This document shows, one piece after another, positions 21,661 through 32,836 of a DNA stretch of 64,000 nt (its first letter is position 1; the number at the start of each line of letters is the position of its first letter). Below the pieces are notes generated by a model that was given only the letters and a program-made list of their open reading frames with translations, was not told the origin of the DNA and did no database searches. The translations under genes and the position numbers were made by a program. Source of the DNA: Candidatus Latescibacterota bacterium (lineage in GTDB: Bacteria > Latescibacterota > CBDEFO01); assembly GCA_965237525.1 (NCBI GenBank), contig CBDEFO010000006.1, forward strand, positions 96,001-160,000, in the 5' to 3' direction.

Positions 21661-22809
21661 ATGATTCCTTTTGACCAAAACAAGCTAAACACCCTGATGG
21701 ATGAGACAGGGATAGACTTACTTTTAGCGACCACCCGGCACAACATTCGTTATTTGACCGGTGGTTACTACAATTATTACCACGCCAAGATGGAGCGCAT
21801 GGCGGCCACCCGTTACCTGGCCGTGCTTGGTATTCCCAAGGGCCGCCTGGACGAGGCATTTTTTATCAGTGGGCGCAAAGAGATTGAGTCCGTACAGGGG
21901 CACAAGATGTGGATCTCTGACCATCATCTAACCGGCCCAGCGCGCAGTCCGCACTTTCAAAACAACCTGAAGGCCAGCCAGGCCGCGGTGGAGTTGGCCC
22001 GCAAAATGGGATTTGCCGCCGCACGTATCGGCGTCGAGTTGCCATTTCTCCCGGCCGATGCATACACAATATTGCACAGCGAACTGCCTCAGGCAACATT
22101 CATCGACGCCAGCCCCCTCCTCGGCGAACTGCGGGCGGTTAAGTCCGACGCTGAATTGGAACTTATCCGCGGCAACGCCGAAGGGACGGCGGCGGCCATC
22201 CAAGCTACCGTTGCCTCAGGCGCAGCCGGGGTGACCACGACCGAATTGGCGAGACAACTGCAAACCGAACTGAGCCACCGCGGCCTTGAAATGCAATGGA
22301 TTTTGATTGCAATGGGCCCAGATGGAATCGAACGTAAATGGCCATCTGAGCGGGCCTGGCAACCCAATGAAGTGCTACGCCTCGACTCGGGCGGTGGCCT
22401 CAATGACTACCTGGTAGACCTGTGCCGGATGGGCTGCCTGGGGGAATCCTCCAAACTAGCCCGCGAACTCCACGAAAATTGTCTTCTGCTCAGCGACACC
22501 CTCATCCAGGCGATCAAGCCGGGTATGATCTGTGGGGAGCTTTATACGTTGGGGCAGCATACCTTGGCCCAGATGTCATTTGCCGAGTTTGGTCATCAAC
22601 TGACGCATGGCATCGGCTTGGTGACTCACGAGCCGCCAACGATTGCCGCCAACAGCGATCGAGGCCTCGAAGAGGGTATGGTGATGTCGATAGAATCACA
22701 GTTTCAGCATCCAGAGGTCGGCGATGTCAAGATCGAAGATATGGTGATGGTCACCGCAACTGGATGTGAGCCACTGGGGCATAGCGGGCGTGAGTGGCAA
22801 ATCGTTTGA
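21661..22809 (+). CDS. M24 (Xaa-Pro peptidase/creatinase-like) family protein
   Basis: R.VKS..E, D...D, HGIGL..HE, E and KIED metal ligands. Confidence 0.88.
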   Translation: MIPFDQNKLNTLMDETGIDLLLATTRHNIRYLTGGYYNYYHAKMERMAATRYLAVLGIPKGRLDEAFFISGRKEIESVQGHKMWISDHHLTGPARSPHFQNNLKASQAAVELARKMGFAAARIGVELPFLPADAYTILHSELPQATFIDASPLLGELRAVKSDAELELIRGNAEGTAAAIQATVASGAAGVTTTELARQLQTELSHRGLEMQWILIAMGPDGIERKWPSERAWQPNEVLRLDSGGGLNDYLVDLCRMGCLGESSKLARELHENCLLLSDTLIQAIKPGMICGELYTLGQHTLAQMSFAEFGHQLTHGIGLVTHEPPTIAANSDRGLEEGMVMSIESQFQHPEVGDVKIEDMVMVTATGCEPLGHSGREWQIV

Positions 22810-22917
22810 TTTATGAAGGTTAATTAAATAACTCAAGTTGCCACCTGTAATCCACAATGGGGAGTAAGAAGTAGGGATTAGGCCCTTAAGGGCCAGACAT
22901 CGACAAAAAATTGTCGA

Positions 22918-23024
22918 TAATAATTAATTGGTGAATTGACGAATGGTTGAATTGTTAACGGCTTCAACACGCCTTATTAATCATTCACCAATTCACCAAT
23001 TCACCAATTCAACCATTAATTATT
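22918..23024. repeat. Inverted array of 8-mer (CCAATTCA/TGAATTGG) repeats forming a long imperfect hairpin
   Basis: AATAATTAATTGGTGAATTG...CAATTCACCAATTCAACCATTAATTATT. Confidence 0.7.
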
Positions 23025-23283
23025 CTTTTTCCAGCATCGTCTGGAAAAAGACTTAGGAACTTACCCATTGAATCCTTGCCCATTGAGCAAGAAGTCGGTG
23101 AACGTGACAAGATGAGGGGATGAAGCTCATCCCCTCATCCTCCCCTTTTGGTTCTGGCTCGTCCAGGTTAGGGATTAGGGAGAACCCCCCCTACTTCCGG
23201 CATATGTGGTCAGGAATGGTTGATTTTTTGGCTATTTATTTGGCAAGGTAGTAACTTGGGTTAAATAATAAGGATGGTGAGTC

Positions 23284-23691
23284 ATGAATGCAAGCCTCTG
23301 GAATATAGGTATGAAAGTTGAAGATATGGATCAGGAAATCGACTTTCTGGAAAAACTTGGGGCCAGACTTTTATTACACGAAACCCTTCCAAGACCCGAC
23401 GGGGATGCTGAATACGCGTTCCTGGATTTGGGCGGGACTCGTCTGTTCCTGACGCCAAAGCCGATCTATGAAGACAAACTCAGCTATCAACTGCTGTCCG
23501 GGTTAACGCATGCGGTCTTCGAGGTTGATGACCTCGATAGCGAGTACAAACGGATCAAAGCCTTGGGCACGGAAGTGCTCATCGAGCCGGTCGAGATCAG
23601 CGCCGGGTTCGGATCGCGTCGCATTTCCTTCTTTCGCTCGCCCAACGGCCTTATCTTCGAAGTGATGCAAATTCTGGAATCGAAGATGTAG
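23284..23691 (+). CDS. VOC/glyoxalase family protein
   Basis: THAVFEVDDLD and RISFFRSPNG.IFE. Confidence 0.88.
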   Translation: MNASLWNIGMKVEDMDQEIDFLEKLGARLLLHETLPRPDGDAEYAFLDLGGTRLFLTPKPIYEDKLSYQLLSGLTHAVFEVDDLDSEYKRIKALGTEVLIEPVEISAGFGSRRISFFRSPNGLIFEVMQILESKM

Positions 23692-23715
23692 TTCTTATAT
23701 AAAGGAAAGATTGAT

Positions 23716-24807
23716 ATGAGTCAGACTGTTCAAGCGGCTGTCATGATGCATCCAGGTAAGATCGAGATCCAGGCGTTTCCTTATCCGAAGTTAGAGAGGA
23801 TGGGGCCTTGCTTCTCAAAGTCGAAATGTGTGGCATCTGTGGCACAGACAAGCACACCTGGCGGGGCGAGACGAAGCAGTACGCCGGCACCGAAGCCGAA
23901 TCCGACACCCCCTTCCCCATCATCCCCGGCCACGAAGTGATTGGGACCGTCGCTGAAATTAATGATCGCAACCGCCCCCGCCTGGATTTCAACGGTGAAC
24001 GCTTGCGGGTGGGGGATCGGGTGGCCTTATGCCCGGACGTGATCTGTGGTGAATGTTACGATTGCCGGCATACTTTTGCTTTCCCCTGGTGCGAGAACTT
24101 GCGCGGCTATGGCAATGCCTTTACCGCAACCGAACCCCCTCACTTGTTCGGCGGGTGGGCAGAATATATGTACATTTTGCCGAATGCCTTTTTGTACAAA
24201 GTCCCCGAAAATCTACCGCTGCGAGTCGCCGTCATGGTGGAGTTGATGGCCGTTAGCTATAACCTGGATAAGACAAAGGAATTCTTCACCCTCTCAGGCG
24301 AAGGATTCGCCACGGATAGTACGGTTGTCATCCAGGGCGTCGGACCTTTCGGATTACCGCTTGGCTCTGGCCAAAGAGTTTGGCGTTGATCACATCCTCA
24401 ACATAGCCCAAACAAGCGAAGATGAGCGAGTCGAGTTTGTCCGATCACTCACCCGTGGCCGGGGGGCAGATATTGTTGTAGAGTGTGCCGGTGTGGCCGA
24501 AGCGGTGCCGGAAGGGTTGGAGATGCTGCGTAAGGGGGGTATTTACATCGAGGCCGGTAATTTTGTCGAGACGGGCGAGGTGTCACTAAGTCCACACCGT
24601 CACTTTTGTGCGAAAAATATTCGCCTGATCGGCATGACCAATCACCCCTTCACCGGCTACACCCCCAGCCTGGAGTTGATGCAAAGGCAGGCTAATCTTT
24701 TCCCATTTGAGAAGTTTGTGACGCACGAATATCCCTTGGCTCAGACTGAACAGGCCATGCTCAAATCGCTGGAACCGGACTGTATGAAAGTGGTCGTTGT
24801 GCCCTAG
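23716..24807 (+). pseudogene. Zinc-dependent (MDR) alcohol dehydrogenase, disrupted
   Basis: CGICGTD, GHE and CxxCxxC...C motifs; frameshift near 23800; internal deletion at ~24342 joins GVGP directly to DLSDYRL. Confidence 0.85.
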
Positions 24808-24833
24808 AAGATGTAAACGAGGAGTAAAGATAC

Positions 24834-25433
24834 ATGCTAACAAGGAATCTGGACCTAAAGAAGCGATTACGGGCCGGTGAGATGACCTTTGGCGCCTGGA
24901 TATCCTTCTCAGATCCGGCGATTGCCGAGATAATGGCCGGGATGGGCTTGGACTGGCTATTGATTGATGCCGAACATAACCCATTTACTTTAGAGAGCCT
25001 GTTCCACGTTCTCCTGGCCTTCAAGGGTCAGCCCACCGTACCGATTGTTCGCATCCCGTGGAATGACCCCATCATCATCAAGCAAGCCCTTGATCTGGGT
25101 GTAGGTGGTATCCTCATCCCCCACGTCTCCTCGGTCGAGGAAGCCAAACAGGGGGTGGCTGCTTGCAAGTATCCCCCGGAGGGCCGGCGCGGTTTTGGGC
25201 CACGGCGAGCCTCTGACTATTATCGTCAGACTGAAGCATACGTTCGCGTGGCGAATGAAGCGGTGGTCATTGTGATCCAAATTGAGCATATTGATGGGGT
25301 CAAGGCCGCCAGGCAGATTCTGGAGGTACCGGGTATTGACGTTGTCATGCTAGGTCCGATGGATCTGTCAGGCTCACTCGGCCTGTTGGGCCAGTTGGAT
25401 CACCCTCAAGTCGGCCAGGCGATAGAGCAGGTC
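24834..25433 (+). pseudogene. HpcH/HpaI aldolase, 3'-truncated
   Basis: IDAEH, VRIP, YPP.G.RG, QIE and GP.DLS motifs; homology stops at AIEQV, where it meets a converging gene. Confidence 0.85.
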
Positions 25434-25997
25434 GGGGGCCGGGGTGACTTTCCAGATACCGTCTTTCAGCTCTGCGTCCTTCACCTGCAGATACGGATCC
25501 TTGTTGTCGGCGTTGGGAGTCCGGGCTCGAGTGGCTCGCTTGCCATCAACAAACAGTTGGCGAAAGTACCATTTCTGCGCCCTAACTTGTGGCAGTTCGA
25601 CGGCCCATATCTTGCCAGGCCCCTGTTTCCAGCCGGTGATTCTTCTTCCCCCGCTGATGATCGGTTTCTCACCAGGATAGGCCACATAGGTGATCGAGAA
25701 TTTGTAAGTCCCCGAATCTACCGGTCCCAGAACTAGCGGTTCTTTCATTTCATAAGTGCCACCTCGAAGATACACAACAATGTTGGCCGTCTGCCCTCTC
25801 TTAGTCCATTCTCTGACTGCGTCCCGAGCTCTAGTGAGGCCGGCGAATGGCTTCTGCTTGGTGCCGGGATTGTTGTCATGACCGGTCGGTGAAACATAGA
25901 ACTCCACCGGAGTTTCAGCCCTAAGGTCTCCAGCTTGCAATAAAATGGCCATCAATAGCACAGCTGCAAACACCATTATTGCGGATAACTGTTTCAT
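25434..25997 (-). pseudogene. Secreted right-handed beta-helix (GH141-like) protein, 3'-truncated
   Basis: Signal peptide; FYVSP.G.D.NPGT...PF...ARDAVR, V.LRGGTY, AYPGEKP.ISGG and RQLFVDG.RA.RAR.P; ends after ~185 aa. Confidence 0.8.
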
Positions 25998-26216
25998 CTG
26001 AGCTCCTTTACATAACTGAAATTTAGCGGACAAGCCGCCGTCGAAGCGGTCCCATATGACCCTTGAATACCCAACCTGTCAACACAACCTGCCGAAGTAT
26101 AGTCTTATCCAACGGATGTTGTCTCCGTATACCTAACATAAGATCAGAGCAACAACAAGTCAACCCGAACTGCAAAATATCAGAGCCATTCAGCTTTTTC
26201 AGACGTTCCGGTCGAA

Positions 26217-26395
26217 TAGGAGCGAAGCAACGTATCAAGACCAAGCAGGGCTCGCTCACAACCGGGCAGAGAACTGAATGCCCCTGCGAGAACGTCCAAT
26301 TCCTATTGACATCCGCTATCTTATTTCGTATCTTCCCTCCTAATTGATCTACCTATTTGTATCTTTCTCCCGATTGATCGACACTGACGATTACG
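26217..26395 (+). promoter_or_regulatory. ~180-bp repeated promoter module, copy 2
   Basis: TTGACA(26306)-17-TATCTT(26329); lies upstream of the BNR gene pair. Confidence 0.75.
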
Positions 26396-26531
26396 CAAAA
26401 TTGTAGAGACTGTGACAGAAGTTGCGTGGAATATCTCTGGCAAGGCAACTTTTGTTGAAATTGTCCTTTTGCTTAGAATGTAACCTTTGACTACCGCGTA
26501 AAGAGAAAACCATCGAAAGGAGAAGAGAGAG

Positions 26532-27734
26532 ATGAATGACTCACCACAGCAGCCCTTTCAGGACTTCATTGCCATCCGAAACCCGCGCCAGCTAACGGCG
26601 GCAAAGCTACAAGCCGAACGGGTTCCGGTGGGCCAAAAGCTTGAGAACAAGCCCAACATCGCATACCTGGGTGGAAATGAGTTACTGCTATTGTGCTACA
26701 AGTTCGATTTCGAAGAAGGGCTACCCACCTATCTGTATCGTTCGCACGACGGCGGTCGGACCTGGGAGGGAGGGCGTAACACCACCAGCCTGCCGGACGG
26801 CGGTGAGCCCTATTTGTCGCAAATGCGAGACGGCACGCTGTTGGTAACGGGAGGCCCGTGGGGGTACCGTTCGGAGGACAATGGGCACACCTGGTCCCAA
26901 TACCAGTTGCCTCCGGAATTTGCCACCAGGGTCAGGGGGAACAACTCGCGAAATATACTGCAGTTGGAAGACGGTTCGTTGCTGCAGATCGTGGATATAC
27001 CTAAAGACGATCCGCCTCTTCGCCATTCTCAATACGGGGACGAACACGTCGCCCGGAGCTTCGATGGGGGTCGGACGTGGCCGGACTGCTACACGATGGA
27101 AGTAGAAGGGGTACCGGAAGGCTATCCCTGGTCCATATTTGGAGAGGTAGTGCTCTGGCAGGCGCGTTCCGGGAAGATTTACGGCATAGCCAGGGTTGAT
27201 CATCGGTTCTGTCCCCTTCCGAGGCGCGAGCTGACCCCCCAGGAACTCGGCAACGCTGCCATCACCATGCTTCACTACAGTGAGCCCCCTGCTCAGAGTA
27301 TTGCCGAACTGGACTTTGACCAGTTCCATAGAATGAAAGCTTTCTTCTCCACCGACGAAGGCCACACGTGGCAGGCCGGTGAGGATTTGGGAGACTATGG
27401 CCGCATGTTTCATTCCATTCTGCGGTTGAGGGATGGGCGGTTGCTGTTTACTTATACTCAGCGCTCGATCGATCCTCCGCTCGGCGTCCGTGCGGTACTG
27501 GGCCGTGAAACCGAAGACGGCTTTGAATTCGATTTCGAGCACGACGTTTTCATGATTGACACCAGAACTCCCATCGGCCGCTCCTCGGGACATGGTTTCG
27601 GCAACACTGTCGAACTCGACGACGGTACACTTGTAACCAGCTATTCCTATTGGCGACCTGACGTCGTACCGTCGGACCCGCCGATACCGCCCAAACTCTT
27701 CAATTGTGAAGTGGTTCGCTGGCGTTTGCCGTAA
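26532..27734 (+). CDS. BNR/Asp-box (sialidase-like beta-propeller) protein, paralog 1
   Basis: Asp boxes SHDGGRTW, SEDNGHTW, SFDGGRTW and STDEGHTW; no signal peptide. Confidence 0.88.
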   Translation: MNDSPQQPFQDFIAIRNPRQLTAAKLQAERVPVGQKLENKPNIAYLGGNELLLLCYKFDFEEGLPTYLYRSHDGGRTWEGGRNTTSLPDGGEPYLSQMRDGTLLVTGGPWGYRSEDNGHTWSQYQLPPEFATRVRGNNSRNILQLEDGSLLQIVDIPKDDPPLRHSQYGDEHVARSFDGGRTWPDCYTMEVEGVPEGYPWSIFGEVVLWQARSGKIYGIARVDHRFCPLPRRELTPQELGNAAITMLHYSEPPAQSIAELDFDQFHRMKAFFSTDEGHTWQAGEDLGDYGRMFHSILRLRDGRLLFTYTQRSIDPPLGVRAVLGRETEDGFEFDFEHDVFMIDTRTPIGRSSGHGFGNTVELDDGTLVTSYSYWRPDVVPSDPPIPPKLFNCEVVRWRLP

Positions 27735-27907
27735 GAGTAGGCCGGGATGCTGCGCAACACCCGATTCTGTTGGTGGAGGTATATCTCACCATGACCTGTG
27801 GGGATTCGTTGCCAGACCGCCGTTACGCCAGAGCATCCGCAGTCCTCTTGGAGAGGATGAGAGCAAGATTAGTGTGATAACCCTACCATCGAAAGGAGAA
27901 AACGGAG

Positions 27908-29116
27908 ATGAATGACTCACCACAGCAGCCCTTTCAGGACTTCATTGCCATTCGAGACCCGCGCAAGCTAACAGCAGAAAAGCTGCAAGCCGAACGGGTT
28001 CCGGTAGGCCAAAAGCTTGAATACAAGCCCAACATCGCACACTTGGGTGGAAATGAGTTGCTGCTATTGTGCTACCTGTGCGATGCGGCACCGCCAGCAG
28101 TGTATCCCACCTACCTGTATCGTTCGCACGACGGCGGTCGGACCTGGGAGGGAGGGCGTAACACTACCGGCCTGCCGGACGGGGGCGAGCCCTATTTGTC
28201 TCAAATGCGAGACGGCACGCTGTTGGTAACGGGAGGCCCGTGGGGGTACCGTTCGGAGGACGATGGACACACGTGGTCGGAATACCAGTTGCCTCCGGAA
28301 TTTGCCACCAGGGTGAGAGGGAACAACTCGCGAAATATAGTGCAGTTGGAAGACGGTTCGTTGCTGCAGATCGTGGATATACCTAAAGACGATCCGCCTT
28401 CTCACCATCCTCAATACGGGGACGAATACGTAGCCCGGAGCTACGATGGGGGTCGGACGTGGCCGGACTGCTACACGATGGAAGTAGAAGGGGTACCGGA
28501 AGGCTATCCCTATTCTATCTTCTCCGAAGTGGTGCTGTGGCAGGCGCGTTCCGGAAAAATATACGGCATAGCCAGGCTTGATCATCAGTTCTATCCCCTT
28601 CCCGGGCGGGTGTTCACCCCCCAGGAGCTCGGAAACGTGGCCATAACCCTGCTACACTACGGGCAGCACCCTGTGCAGGATATTGCCGATACGGACTTTG
28701 ACCAGTTCAGCCGAATGAAAGCCTGGACTTCCACCGACGAAGGCCACACGTGGCAGCTCGGTCCGGACCTGGGCGACCACGGCCAGATGTTTCATTCCAT
28801 TCTGCGGTTGAGGGATGGGCGGCTGCTGTTTACTTATACTCAGCGCTCGATCGATCCACCCCTTGGTGTTCGTGCAGTGCTCGGCCTTGAAACCGAAGAC
28901 GGCTTTGAATTTGATTTCGAGCACGACATCTTCATGATTGACACCAGAACACCCATCGGCCGCTGCTCGGGTGGAGGTTTCGGCAACACCGTCGAGCTGG
29001 ATGACGGGACTCTTGTAACCAGCTATTCCTATTGGCGACCTGACGCCTGGCCACTGAACCGGCCGCATCCGGAGAAACTCTTCAATTGTGAAGTGGTTCG
29101 TTGGCGTTTGCCGTAA
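27908..29116 (+). CDS. BNR/Asp-box protein, paralog 2 (tandem duplicate)
   Basis: Highly similar to paralog 1, including the RBS region and ~120 bp downstream. Confidence 0.88.
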   Translation: MNDSPQQPFQDFIAIRDPRKLTAEKLQAERVPVGQKLEYKPNIAHLGGNELLLLCYLCDAAPPAVYPTYLYRSHDGGRTWEGGRNTTGLPDGGEPYLSQMRDGTLLVTGGPWGYRSEDDGHTWSEYQLPPEFATRVRGNNSRNIVQLEDGSLLQIVDIPKDDPPSHHPQYGDEYVARSYDGGRTWPDCYTMEVEGVPEGYPYSIFSEVVLWQARSGKIYGIARLDHQFYPLPGRVFTPQELGNVAITLLHYGQHPVQDIADTDFDQFSRMKAWTSTDEGHTWQLGPDLGDHGQMFHSILRLRDGRLLFTYTQRSIDPPLGVRAVLGLETEDGFEFDFEHDIFMIDTRTPIGRCSGGGFGNTVELDDGTLVTSYSYWRPDAWPLNRPHPEKLFNCEVVRWRLP

Positions 29117-29457
29117 GAGGAAGCCGATATGCTGCACAACAGCTGGTTCTGTTGGTGGAGGTATATCTCACCATGACTTGTGGGGATCATGCGTTGCCAG
29201 ACCGCCGTTACGCCAAAGCATCCGCGGGCCTCGTGGAGAGGGCGGATTCGGCAACAAAATTCAACAATAGCGCGAGTTTTTAAATGGATCTATGACCTGA
29301 GAGAAGGTGAACCTTTCTATGACTGGTGAAAATCTCTACTGTAAAGTAGACAGGTGACGATTTTCTACCCCGGGAAATTCGATTGTGAGTGTGATATAAG
29401 TTTATTGACCTAATTTTCAAGTCTGAAAGGTATCGATATGGAATGGCATTGTCTTAG

Positions 29458-30976
29458 AAGCCTTGTGAAAAACCCTTAGATTCAGAAAATAGTATAAAAC
29501 AAGCACTGATAAAGCAGCTCCGATGTATTATATTATGTTATTGATAATATTATACATGGAGGAAACAATGACCCCACAAAAGCAGGAACAGACAAATCCG
29601 ATGTTTCACTATTTTCAGATGGAGGATTTAGTTCCCGAGGATCATATCCTTCGTCAGATTGATGAGGCAGTTGATTTTTCATTTGTACGAGACGTTGTAT
29701 CAGATTGTTATTGCCCTGACAATGGCAGACCCGGTATTGATCCTGAATTAGTTGTTCGAATGATCCTTATTGGCTATCTGTATAATTTGAGTGAGAATCG
29801 GCTCTGTCAGGAAGTGGGGACGCATGCGGCATATCGGTTGTTTTGTCATCAGACATTTGATGATGCGGTTCCGGATAGGAGCACGATCAACAAGCTTCGC
29901 AATCACAAGTGGGCATCCAGTGGGTTGTTTGAACGGATAATGCGTCAGGTAGTCCAGTGTTGCATAGATGTCGGTCTTGTGAGCGGTAAACACCTTAGTG
30001 TCGACGGCACTCAGATACAAGCTGATGCTTCAGTGAAAAGTATTGAGCCGATAGAACCCCCTGTTTCTCTTGATGATTATCTCAAGGGAATCGGTTTTGA
30101 AGGTGATAAGACAAAGGGTAGGTCCGGGCATCCTCAGGATAAAGACTTTCATGGTGAAAAGTGGACGAACCAAACACACCGTTCGACTACAGACCCCGAC
30201 GCGCGCTTATACAGCAAATCGAAGGGCAAAGGGGCTTTTCTCTCGTTTATGGGCCATGATCTGATCGACACAAAAAGCAGAGTAATCCTTGAGACTCAGG
30301 GCACGCAGGCGACAGGGACAGCAGAGCCCGAAAGTGCCCTTAAGATGGTAGATGACCTTGAAACATACACCATGCCCAAAGACATTCAGACACTTAGTGC
30401 CGATACCGGTTACGGTTCTGGTAATTTTATCGCTGATGTACTTGACCGGGGAATCATACCCCATATTCCTCTGCGAGCCGATGAGAGGATTGAACCGATT
30501 CCTACATGGAAAAACAAGACAAATCCAGCACATATTCAGGCCGAACGGGATAGAAAAGTGCGAGAGGCGAAAGCCAGAAATCATGCACGGTCTATCTCAT
30601 TAACAGCTGACTACAAACTCTCCCGGAGACTCCGTAAACGCAGTGAACATATCTTTGCTGAAGCCAGGCAACAACACGGTATGGGACGAGCCCGTTATAG
30701 AGGACCAGCCTCACTGAATGAACAGTTGAATCTTGTTGCAACAGTACAGAATCTCAAGAGGCTTGTATCTTTCATAAGAAGGGGGAAAGCGTCTATGTGT
30801 GCCCTGCCTGTCAAAGACAGTGCATCCTGTTCTTCAAACAGCTCCTGTTCCTTGCTGACCAGAACTCTGATAAGACTATTTTGCTTATTCCACAGCAAAA
30901 CGATACGATATGCTACTCTTTGACCCATAATCGGCGCTTCAGACGCTGCCTGGGACATAACTATTTCACAAGGCTT
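29458..30976 (+). mobile_element. IS1182-family insertion sequence
   Basis: 13-bp inverted repeats AAGCCTTGTGAAA / TTTCACAAGGCTT; 4-bp target duplication TTAG (29454-29457, 30977-30980). Confidence 0.92.
29568..30923 (+). CDS. IS1182 transposase
   Basis: VPEDH.LR.ID, GRPGIDP, VDGT.I.ADAS, STTDPDA, ADTGY and R.RSE..FAE. Confidence 0.93.
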   Translation: MTPQKQEQTNPMFHYFQMEDLVPEDHILRQIDEAVDFSFVRDVVSDCYCPDNGRPGIDPELVVRMILIGYLYNLSENRLCQEVGTHAAYRLFCHQTFDDAVPDRSTINKLRNHKWASSGLFERIMRQVVQCCIDVGLVSGKHLSVDGTQIQADASVKSIEPIEPPVSLDDYLKGIGFEGDKTKGRSGHPQDKDFHGEKWTNQTHRSTTDPDARLYSKSKGKGAFLSFMGHDLIDTKSRVILETQGTQATGTAEPESALKMVDDLETYTMPKDIQTLSADTGYGSGNFIADVLDRGIIPHIPLRADERIEPIPTWKNKTNPAHIQAERDRKVREAKARNHARSISLTADYKLSRRLRKRSEHIFAEARQQHGMGRARYRGPASLNEQLNLVATVQNLKRLVSFIRRGKASMCALPVKDSASCSSNSSCSLLTRTLIRLFCLFHSKTIRYATL

Positions 30977-30993
30977 TTAGTGTAATAAGTATT

Positions 30994-32739
30994 ATGTTTT
31001 GCCTTGCGGCCATTTTGCCTCATGCTGGTTGTGGGGCAAAGTCTGCGGCAGAGGGAGAAACCGAGATGCTCAAGATCACCGTCGGCGAGCCGACGTTACT
31101 GGATCCACTTGCGTATTTTAATTCCGCGAGCGTGGCTGTCTCCCGGACCGGGGTCGTAGCGGCTTTCTATCCATGGGCGCAGCGTCACAGAACGTCCACG
31201 GACGGCGGGGTCACCTGGGGGCCGGAGATGGATTCTCCTCCCCAGCTGGGCGGCGGCAGCAGCAGCGGAACCCTGCGCGATGGAGGCGTGATCAAGTATC
31301 TGACCACGGGTGACGAAACCATAGGCGAAGCGGAGGAACACGTAAGCCTGATGGTGGGAGAATATAAAGAAGGCTGGTTCATGCTGCACTCGACGTTTGC
31401 CTGGTTCAGCGACGACTTTACGCAATATGAAGTCGCCCCGGTTCAGGTCTACATGCCCGACGCCGTCACCACCAAGCAGATCCATCTGGCCATGTCCTCC
31501 TGGCCGATCTTCGAGAGGGGCAATATTCTCCATCTGGACAATGGCGATCTGCTAGCGCCCATGTACGGTGTGTTCAAAGGCGACACCAAGAGTCGTGTGG
31601 TGCTTTCGGTCTCCAGCGATCGCGGCCACAAGTGGCGTTACTACGCGACGGTTGCGACCGGAGCGAGGGACCCGAACCCTGAGCTGCCGGGACAATACCT
31701 CGGCTACGGCGAGCCGAGCATCGAGCTGCTGCCTAACGGACAGATGATCTGTGTCATGCGCACGCAGTACTCGCACCTGCCCGGCGAATACCGGCCGATG
31801 TCCGTGTCGTGGTCAAATGATCGCGGCAGGACCTGGACCAGGCCGATACCCACCAAGCCGCACCTGATGAACATCGCTCCGAAGCTGATCGTTCTGGAGA
31901 ACGGCGTCGTCGCCCTCGAGTATGGCCGGCCGGGCTTCCATGTCGCTTTCAGTATCGACAACGGGCATACCTGGCAGGACCGCGTCAGCTTGTCCCATCT
32001 GCCGGAACCCATGATTACCGGCCAGTTTGACATGGCAAAAGCTGGCCCGAACAAGCTGGTGGCCATCGGCAGCGATGGCGAGGGTACGAAGGTGTGGCCA
32101 ATTAAGGTGGAGCGTGTGAAAGTATCACCAGCTCACGGGAGCTTAGACGGCCGTGTGTTGGATCAACAGGGCAATCCAATTGTCGGCGCAAAGGTCGAGC
32201 GCAGCCCTAACCGCTACACGGCCGACGATTGGCTGGAAGACCCCACCACATTAGATCCCTGGGGGCACGGAAGTCCCCTGACGGTCGGCTCACCAAAATT
32301 GGGGTACAGATCGATCCGTAATGGAAATGGACACCCGACGGTGCAGACGGATGCCTAGGGACGCTTCCGATTCGACTCGGTAAAGCTTGGTGAATATGTA
32401 CTGACCGTAGAAGCTGACAGTTACGCTCCCCAGCATCGTCATATCAAGATTCAGCCAAGGCCGCAAAAGCAGCAGTTCCGTTTGAAGGCTGGTCGAAAAG
32501 TTTGTCATCGAGTTGTGGATAACCGAGGCCGGCCGGTTCCAGGCGCATGTGTCGTGCTGAACAGATGGCACGTCCATACCGATCTTGCTGGTTTCTTCCA
32601 CTGGTCAGTGGAGGTCCCGCTGCCAGAGCAGGTGGAGATCAGCGTTTACAAGCGCTATAGCGGTCAATATGAGAAACTCAACGCAACAGTGCCGTTCTCA
32701 GAGCTGGAGCGCCAGCCAATCATCCTGCGACCCAGGTAG
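30994..32739 (+). pseudogene. BNR/Asp-box protein with carboxypeptidase-regulatory-like domains; signal peptide split by IS1182, in-frame TAG
   Basis: Removing the IS restores MEWHCLSVISIMFCLAAIL from ATG 29438; after TAG 32356-32358 the frame continues GRFRFDSVKLGEYVLTVEAD... Confidence 0.8.
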
Positions 32740-32836
32740 GGTCAAAGGTACTCGGGCGGTACACAAATTCTTTCATAATTGAACTTGGGACTCAGCGAAG
32801 TTCCCGCCCCGGAGCCTTAACAGGTGTCGGTAGAGC

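Noticed and set aside
25434..25736. C-terminal domain of the HpcH ORF
   Set aside because: It is antisense read-through of the converging truncated gene.
26721..28585. Long antisense ORFs (also 9224-9853, 56211-56810, 58327-58905, 62290-62985)
   Set aside because: They are shadows of well-supported genes on the opposite strand and show no recognisable motifs.
3826..32358. In-frame TAGs (3826, 32356) as pyrrolysine or a recoded stop
   Set aside because: ileS, hppA and rplI end normally at TAG, both genes carry other lesions, and no pyl genes are in the window.
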